DNA of 56,184 nt, the filler included, from Dugesia japonica (lineage: Eukaryota): the NCBI GenBank assembly GCA_001938525.1. It is 4 parts of 4 records of this genome, joined end to end, with 100 filler letters (N's around TTAATTAATTAA, not from the genome) between each part and the next. Parts side by side here need not be neighbours in the genome. Positions count along the whole stretch, not along the records: positions 41,268 to 56,184 come from MQRL01586727.1; 3 more parts are not named here. One strand, written 5' to 3'. The position numbers and the translations under genes are program-made. Positions 50,349 through 56,184 of the stretch are shown piece by piece. Below the pieces are notes generated by a model. That model was given only the letters and a program-made list of their open reading frames with translations, had not been told where the DNA came from and did no database searches. The first letter of the stretch is position 1. Each line of letters opens with the position of its first letter.

Positions 50349-51193
50349 TAACGTAAGCAGCGAGACTGAGCTTGGCTGGGGTTTGGCTAGAGATAACCTT
50401 ACGCTTTTCCGGTGCAAAATGGAGTCCGTCACCTCGTATTTAATTGTTCACATGTTTTCGTGTTCTCAGTTACGTCCTTTCAAATTCTCTTAGAATTATC
50501 TGCTTTATTAAATCGTCAAAGAGACACTCAAAATCAGCTAGCAGATTCTTAATATCTGCTAGCTGATATTCTGATGACATCATATTTACAATTCCCAGCA
50601 ATGGGGTCTTCAGTCTGAAAATGGCGTTGTTTATCACAGCGTATTAATACGTATAGTTTTATGCAAATTATAATTGATTTATTAATTTTTTACTGGAAAA
50701 ATAAAATAAAGCCTCTAAAAAATAGGAAAAAACCAAAATAAATTTTTTAATTATTTATTCATTTAACGAAAAGTTGAATATTGTGAAATATTAACTATTT
50801 CCATTAATAAAAAAAGTGATTTTGAAAAATTTCTTGTATGCATTAATATTAGAATTTTCTTCACAAAATATTTTTCAATATTATTTTTGTAAAATAAAAG
50901 TGTATAAAGTTTAAATAATTTGTCTATTTCAAATTAAAACAAATTTTAAAACTTATTAAGTATTGAATTTGAAGTAAATTTAAAATTCGTGTAGCTTAGT
51001 TTAGAATTTACCAGGACATTTATCTTTTATTCGTAAAATAACTCATTAGAATTTATTTAGAATTCATTATTATATGGTTTTCAAATTAAATGACACATTA
51101 AAATATTTTTAATTTGCATTTTTATAGAAATAAATTCCTAGCTACATTGAATATGTTTTTTTTATATTTACTCCATCTGTGAATCGTATGGTG

Positions 51194-51434
51194 CAGTGAT
51201 TTCCAAACTGGGAGACACGGACTTCTGTAATGGGAAGGGTGAGATTTTTCATAACACTTGTAAATAAAAAAAATACATCTTAATAAATTCCACTAAATAA
51301 CATATATATATATTAAAATAAAGCTTCGATCAAAATTTAAAATCATGCATTATTTTATAATAAAAGAGGGAAGGTGCCAAGATTAGATTCATTGTCAATA
51401 GAAAACCCAGCAACTTAAAGTTTGGAAACCAGTG
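51194..51434. mobile_element. hAT (Charlie-like) MITE with perfect 8-bp TSD
   Basis: CAGTGATTTCCAAAC ... GTTTGGAAACCAGTG flanked on both sides by GTATGGTG. Confidence 0.92.
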
Positions 51435-51751
51435 GTATGGTGTATGTTAACATGTAATTCTAATATCAATATCAATATCGATGCAATCTCATCAATAAAT
51501 CTTAATATTTGCTACAATATTAATATTTTTATAATTATCTTGTTCTACTTATTTTTTGAAAAATTTAATTTGTTACTACTTGTAATAAAAATAAATTTAA
51601 TTGATTTCAAAAAGGTAAATAATTTCTTTTAAAATTCTTTCCCTTTTTAAATACAAAAGAAAAGTAATGAAGAAGGAAGAATAACAATTCCTAAAATTTA
51701 GATTGTATTTGTATAAGTAGTTTATTCTTCGTTTAAAAAATTCAAATATAC

Positions 51752-52070
51752 CTTGTGCATAATAAGATAGTTTACAGAGAACTTCTCCAAGAACCCAATA
51801 TGTATAAATTGATCTACACAATTCAGCTGGTATACATACAAGAGTGACTCCGAGATCCGCAAGACTAAGATTCAATAAACAAATATTCTGTGACACTCTC
51901 ATTCGTTTGAATTTCAAGGCTAATATAACGACTAATCCATTTCCAAATACTGACAACAAGAAAATCAAAACACAAAGTGCAATATAAAAAATTCTCCATT
52001 TTGTTAATGGTTGAAAATATTGACTGAAAATGATATCCAAAATCTCTGCACTGTTATTAAGTTTTGTCAT
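51752..52070 (-). CDS. Class A (rhodopsin-like) neuropeptide-type GPCR, first coding exon (TM1 to start of TM3)
   Basis: 'GNGLVV', 'KRMR..QNICLLNLSLADL', 'WVLGEVLCKL..YAQ', then a GT donor (CAAG/GTATAT). Later exons were not found. Confidence 0.92.
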
Positions 52071-53359
52071 AATAGAATATTTGTTAAAGAAAAATTATTA
52101 TTATATCAAACAAAATAATTGGAATTTTCATCCAATCAAATTCATTTAATATTATTATATTTTCAATCATGTCATTTTTTTCCAAAAGAAATTGAAATTC
52201 TACTCATCATTGAATATTTTAATTATGTTAATGCAAATCGTAATTACGCTTTTTTTTTAAAAACAAAAATTAACTAATTCATTAAATTATTATTATGAAT
52301 TTCAATATTCTCTTTGTTATCCTTTAATATTAGTTAAATATTTTGTTTGAATTTTAATAATTTAATTTATTTAATTTATCGAAGGAAAAAAATTGTAGTT
52401 TTTAGAAAATAGAATTGGAAATGTTTTGGATTTCTTTCCATTACATTAATTTCAGAAAATTCAGTAATATTAAGTAATTAGTTAGAAATGTAAGTAATAA
52501 GAAAGTCTAGACTAATTCTTCAAAGAAGATATAATTAATGCCTAAATGTTACAATTTAAAGACACGTATTAATAATCTATTCAAAAATTACTCTTTTATT
52601 AATTCCAGTTTTGTGAATTAATAATTAATTAATTATTAATTAAAATTAAAAGATTATTTAGAGGTTTTATGGTGATTTTCATTGATTTTAAATAATTTGC
52701 AACCTGAGTAAAATATTATACTTATTTTATAGAGGTAAAACTTAATAAATATTATGAAAATGAGTAATCTATAACAAATTATTAATATTTACTCGAAAAA
52801 GCATAATTTATGAAAATTAATTAATACAACATTTTTAATAAAATTTTCCAATAAAATCTTATTACAAAACTTTGACACATTACAACATTTTATCGACTTT
52901 CTGCTTTGAAATTGCCTTCCCTACAATAATATGTATTGTTATGATCATTTAAGCAAACATTTTAAAATCTAATTAATTTTAAAAATTATTTTAAAAAATT
53001 ATTTTTAAATATTTTATTTTATTTTTTATTAATATTTGTATTTTACTTAAACTTAACAATTTACATAATTTTCTATACAATGATTTTGACCTAAAAATTT
53101 TTTAGATTCGTGAAAATTAAAAACAATTCATTAAAATTTAAAACATTTAATTTAAAACCATTATTGAATGATTTCAATTAGAACTTTTCGATTTATTAAA
53201 TTTTTTAAAAATTAATCAAATTTAAATTAAAATTTACATTCAGAATTCAATCTTAATTTTCTAAAAAAAATCATTTTAAAACATGTTCTTAAAACATTTA
53301 AAATTTCCTAAAATCGCTAATACATTTCTTCACTGGTTTCTATTTCCATTGTATATTAT

Positions 53360-54744
53360 TAGAAATTGTGATCGAGAAATCCTGTCTCGAGAATTCTCGA
53401 GAAATGGAATTTGCCGCTCTCGAGAATTTTTATAATTTATGTTTTCGAGATTCTTATTTCTTGAGAAATTTTTAATTTTTAATATTAGTTGTTTAAATAT
53501 TAATATTTAATTGTTTTCTTAATTTAAATATTTATGACCTATTTTATTTTTGTGTTTTTTATCCGAATACAAGAGTGAAGATATTTGGAAATTTTTCAAT
53601 AGAATTTCTGATCATGCCACTTGCAGCCTTTGCGGTAAAATCCTTGGATGCAAAAGCTTTTCAACAACAGTCTTACATCGCCATCTAATTAATGTTCACT
53701 TTATGAAAAGAAAGAAAAAGGAATCTGCGCAATTTAGCAGTGATAGTACATCTAAAAATCAAAAATTAAATACTATCTATAGATTTTTGCTACCGAATAA
53801 AACTTGGAAATAGGAAGAAATTGTCGCAAGACTCGTTGCTAAGGATGGACTTTCAAGAAGCAGCTAGAAGATTCTATCTGAGAAATTTTCAAACCAAGTT
53901 TAATAATAATTGATTATGATTTTCATTCACTTTTAAAAGAAATTAACATTTATGAAGCTACTGGAGATTTTACAAGTAATTTAAAGCAACTTAAAAATAC
54001 CTTAAATACAATAAACCCAAAACGAACGAAAGTTTTCGATTTCAAGTAATTTTGCTTCATGGAAAGGAGGCAGATTATCAGATAAATCTCTAAATTCATT
54101 GTGATTTTTGAAAATTTATTTCGTAAAAAACTATTAATTCTGAGAAATTAAAACTAATTAAAATTTTATGTTTGTTTTATTTATTTTTATTGTTTTATTT
54201 TCTTCAGTTTAAAATTTTAATTTATTCTATCTTTGTTTGTTTTAATGAATTATGTTTTGTTAATATATTTTATGTCGAGTTATTTAATCTTGTAATAACT
54301 GTTAAGTACTAAGTAGATTTCAATAAAATGTAATGTTTTTGTAAGTAACATTTTTCTTGAAAATTCTCGAGAACACCTTAGAATATTTCTCATTTCTTGA
54401 GAATTCAAAATTAGTAAAAAGGGGAATCTTATTGCTCGCGAATTCAAAATTAGTAAAAAGGGAAATCTTATTGCTCGAGAATTCAAAATTAGAAAAAGGG
54501 AAATCTTATTGCTCGAGAATTCAAAATTAGCAAAAAGGGAAATCTTATTGCTCGAGAATTCAAAATTAGTAAAAAGTGAAATCTTATTGCTCGAGAATTC
54601 AAAATTAGTAAAAAGTGAAATCTTATTGCTCGAGAATTCAAAATTAGTAAAAAGGGAAATCTTATTGCTCGAGAATTCAAAATTAGTAAAAAGGGAAATC
54701 TCATTTCTCGAGAATACAAAAAACACGAGAAATCACAATCTTTA
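53360..54744 (+). mobile_element. Internally deleted hAT transposon with BED zinc finger and perfect 8-bp TSD
   Basis: TIRs TAGAAATTGTGAT and ATCACAATCTTTA, TSD TATATTAT on both sides; BED finger 'IWKFF...ATCSLC...STTVLHRHLINVH'; dimerisation-domain remnant near 54020-54120. Confidence 0.92.
54395..54716. repeat. 39-bp subterminal tandem repeat (about 8 copies) inside the hAT
   Basis: Unit CTCGAGAATTCAAAATTAGTAAAAAGGGAAATCTTATTG; the CTCGAGAA motif also recurs at the left end (53373-53465). Confidence 0.95.
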
Positions 54745-56184
54745 TATATTATTAATATTAATAGTTTTTTGTAAAATATTTAAATTTTACTACTCTCTAT
54801 TGTTTTCAATATTTCTTGCCCAAAAAGTTTTTAATATTTACATTTGGATATATATTATTTTAAACGTTTCAAATTGTATTGAGATAAAAAAATTTTTATG
54901 CATGATTATTATTATTGTTATTACTATTGGGGTTCCACTCAGGTAAAACTTAGATTTTTTAGTGTCTAAATTATTATTCACTAGAAACCTGACAAAACAC
55001 CTCAAAGATTTAGGTATGTCACCCTAATTCAAACATGCAGAATAGAGCTGGTGACTCACAATCCCTAGTTACAGTGCATTCTAGTATTTCTTTGATTCAG
55101 GTTCATTCATTTATGATACCCATTTTGGTTTTGAAAATATTTGAGTCTATCTCCGTAGTAATTATCTAGTTAATCAGAATTTGTATTTTTCTCTCTTTGT
55201 CATCAATATCAACCTTATCAAGTTAGATTTCATGACTCATGCTTTCTAATAATCACTACTGTCTTTATTTACGGGTTTTTTTAAATATTCAGCAACTTCA
55301 CATTCATTATCTGCATCAATTTTAATTTTGGAAATCAGAAATTTGTGAAAGAAATTTATATAAAAATAGAAGATTGCTTCGGACTAAGTAGGATTTATTT
55401 TGTCTAATTATTTATAAATTACAGCTATTTTCATTGGTTGAAATGAAAGCAATAATTAATGAAGTATATGAATAGAGAATTCTCTTAGATATTTAAGTGA
55501 AGATAATCATTTTATGAAGTTAAGAAATACAAACTACTCTAAGAGAATTTGATGATGATAATGAATATGAAATGCTCTCAAATGGTTACATGAAAATCAT
55601 GTTTGACGAATATAGAGTAATGAGTTGGCAATTATGAAATGAAATCAAAAAATAGAACAAAACTTTTATAGGGTTATACAGGAGTAACTAACCTTTTGTT
55701 ACAAGTGCATTATTTTTTTAACATGCGACAAGTCACATGTTTTTATAAATTTTCTGCATCAATATAAAACGTCGAAAAGTCATTGTTTATAACTTTGTGT
55801 TATGATAAACACTGCCTCAATGAGATTACCACAGCAGACAAATGTCATAATATAAAGATAATAATTTAGGTAATAATTACTATCAAACCAGTAATTAATA
55901 CCATTCGCCTGACATTTAGACATCATAATTAATATTGTTTGCGTAAATTATGTCAATGAAATTTATTTAGAAAGACGTTTTATAGGCACTTCTTCATTAA
56001 TATATCCAAAATATCTCGGCATAGATATAGACAGAAATCTATCAGCAAAACTGTTTAATCTTTAAAATATATTAAAAAATTATTTTAAAGGTTTAATCAG
56101 AAAATAATCGAAAAGTTAGATGATTATTGAGATCTTCGCAAATTTAAATGTAAATAAAACGTGAATAAATATGCGTATGATTGA

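Noticed and set aside
51597-51751. C-terminal part of the 157-aa GPCR ORF
   Set aside because: Read-through into the intron after the GT donor; GPCR similarity stops there.
54280-54946. Repetitive ORFs (LLENSKLVK... and others) or a CRISPR-like array
   Set aside because: These are translations of a 39-bp tandem repeat with no unique spacers, lying inside a hAT with a TSD.
55400-56000. Possible additional hAT transposase remnant
   Set aside because: Only vague similarity, with no termini or diagnostic motif.

Overview
Very AT-rich eukaryotic DNA from a draft assembly, almost certainly an invertebrate animal (CaMKII, class A peptide GPCR, RPS6KC1-like gene, short introns). It has many N gaps and three artificial 100-nt N-TTAATTAATTAA-N spacers. 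Host genes are sparse: the last exon of a CaMKII, a multi-exon PX-MIT-(pseudo)kinase gene of the RPS6KC1/SNX15 type, and exon 1 of a neuropeptide-type GPCR. Most of the window is decayed mobile DNA: Tc1/IS630, mariner, a pogo-like MITE, several hATs (two with perfect 8-bp TSDs), MULE, Penelope GIY-YIG remnants, at least four Gypsy fragments, a solo LTR with a 4-bp TSD, and a 5S-derived head. Highlights: (i) two different Polinton/Maverick (adintovirus-like) proviruses abutting each other at 15.8-24.9 kb, one with an in-frame PLA2-integrase fusion and the other with an E2F-site tandem array; (ii) a GC-richer minus-strand element at about 30.4-35.8 kb that starts with a Polinton-like AGTAGT terminus but carries a long decayed ORF with two ubiquitin-like domains, followed after a gap and a hAT insertion by a Gypsy/Ginger-type integrase tail, an AT-hook and a RING-like finger. 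All translations and alignments were made by eye; no database search was run.
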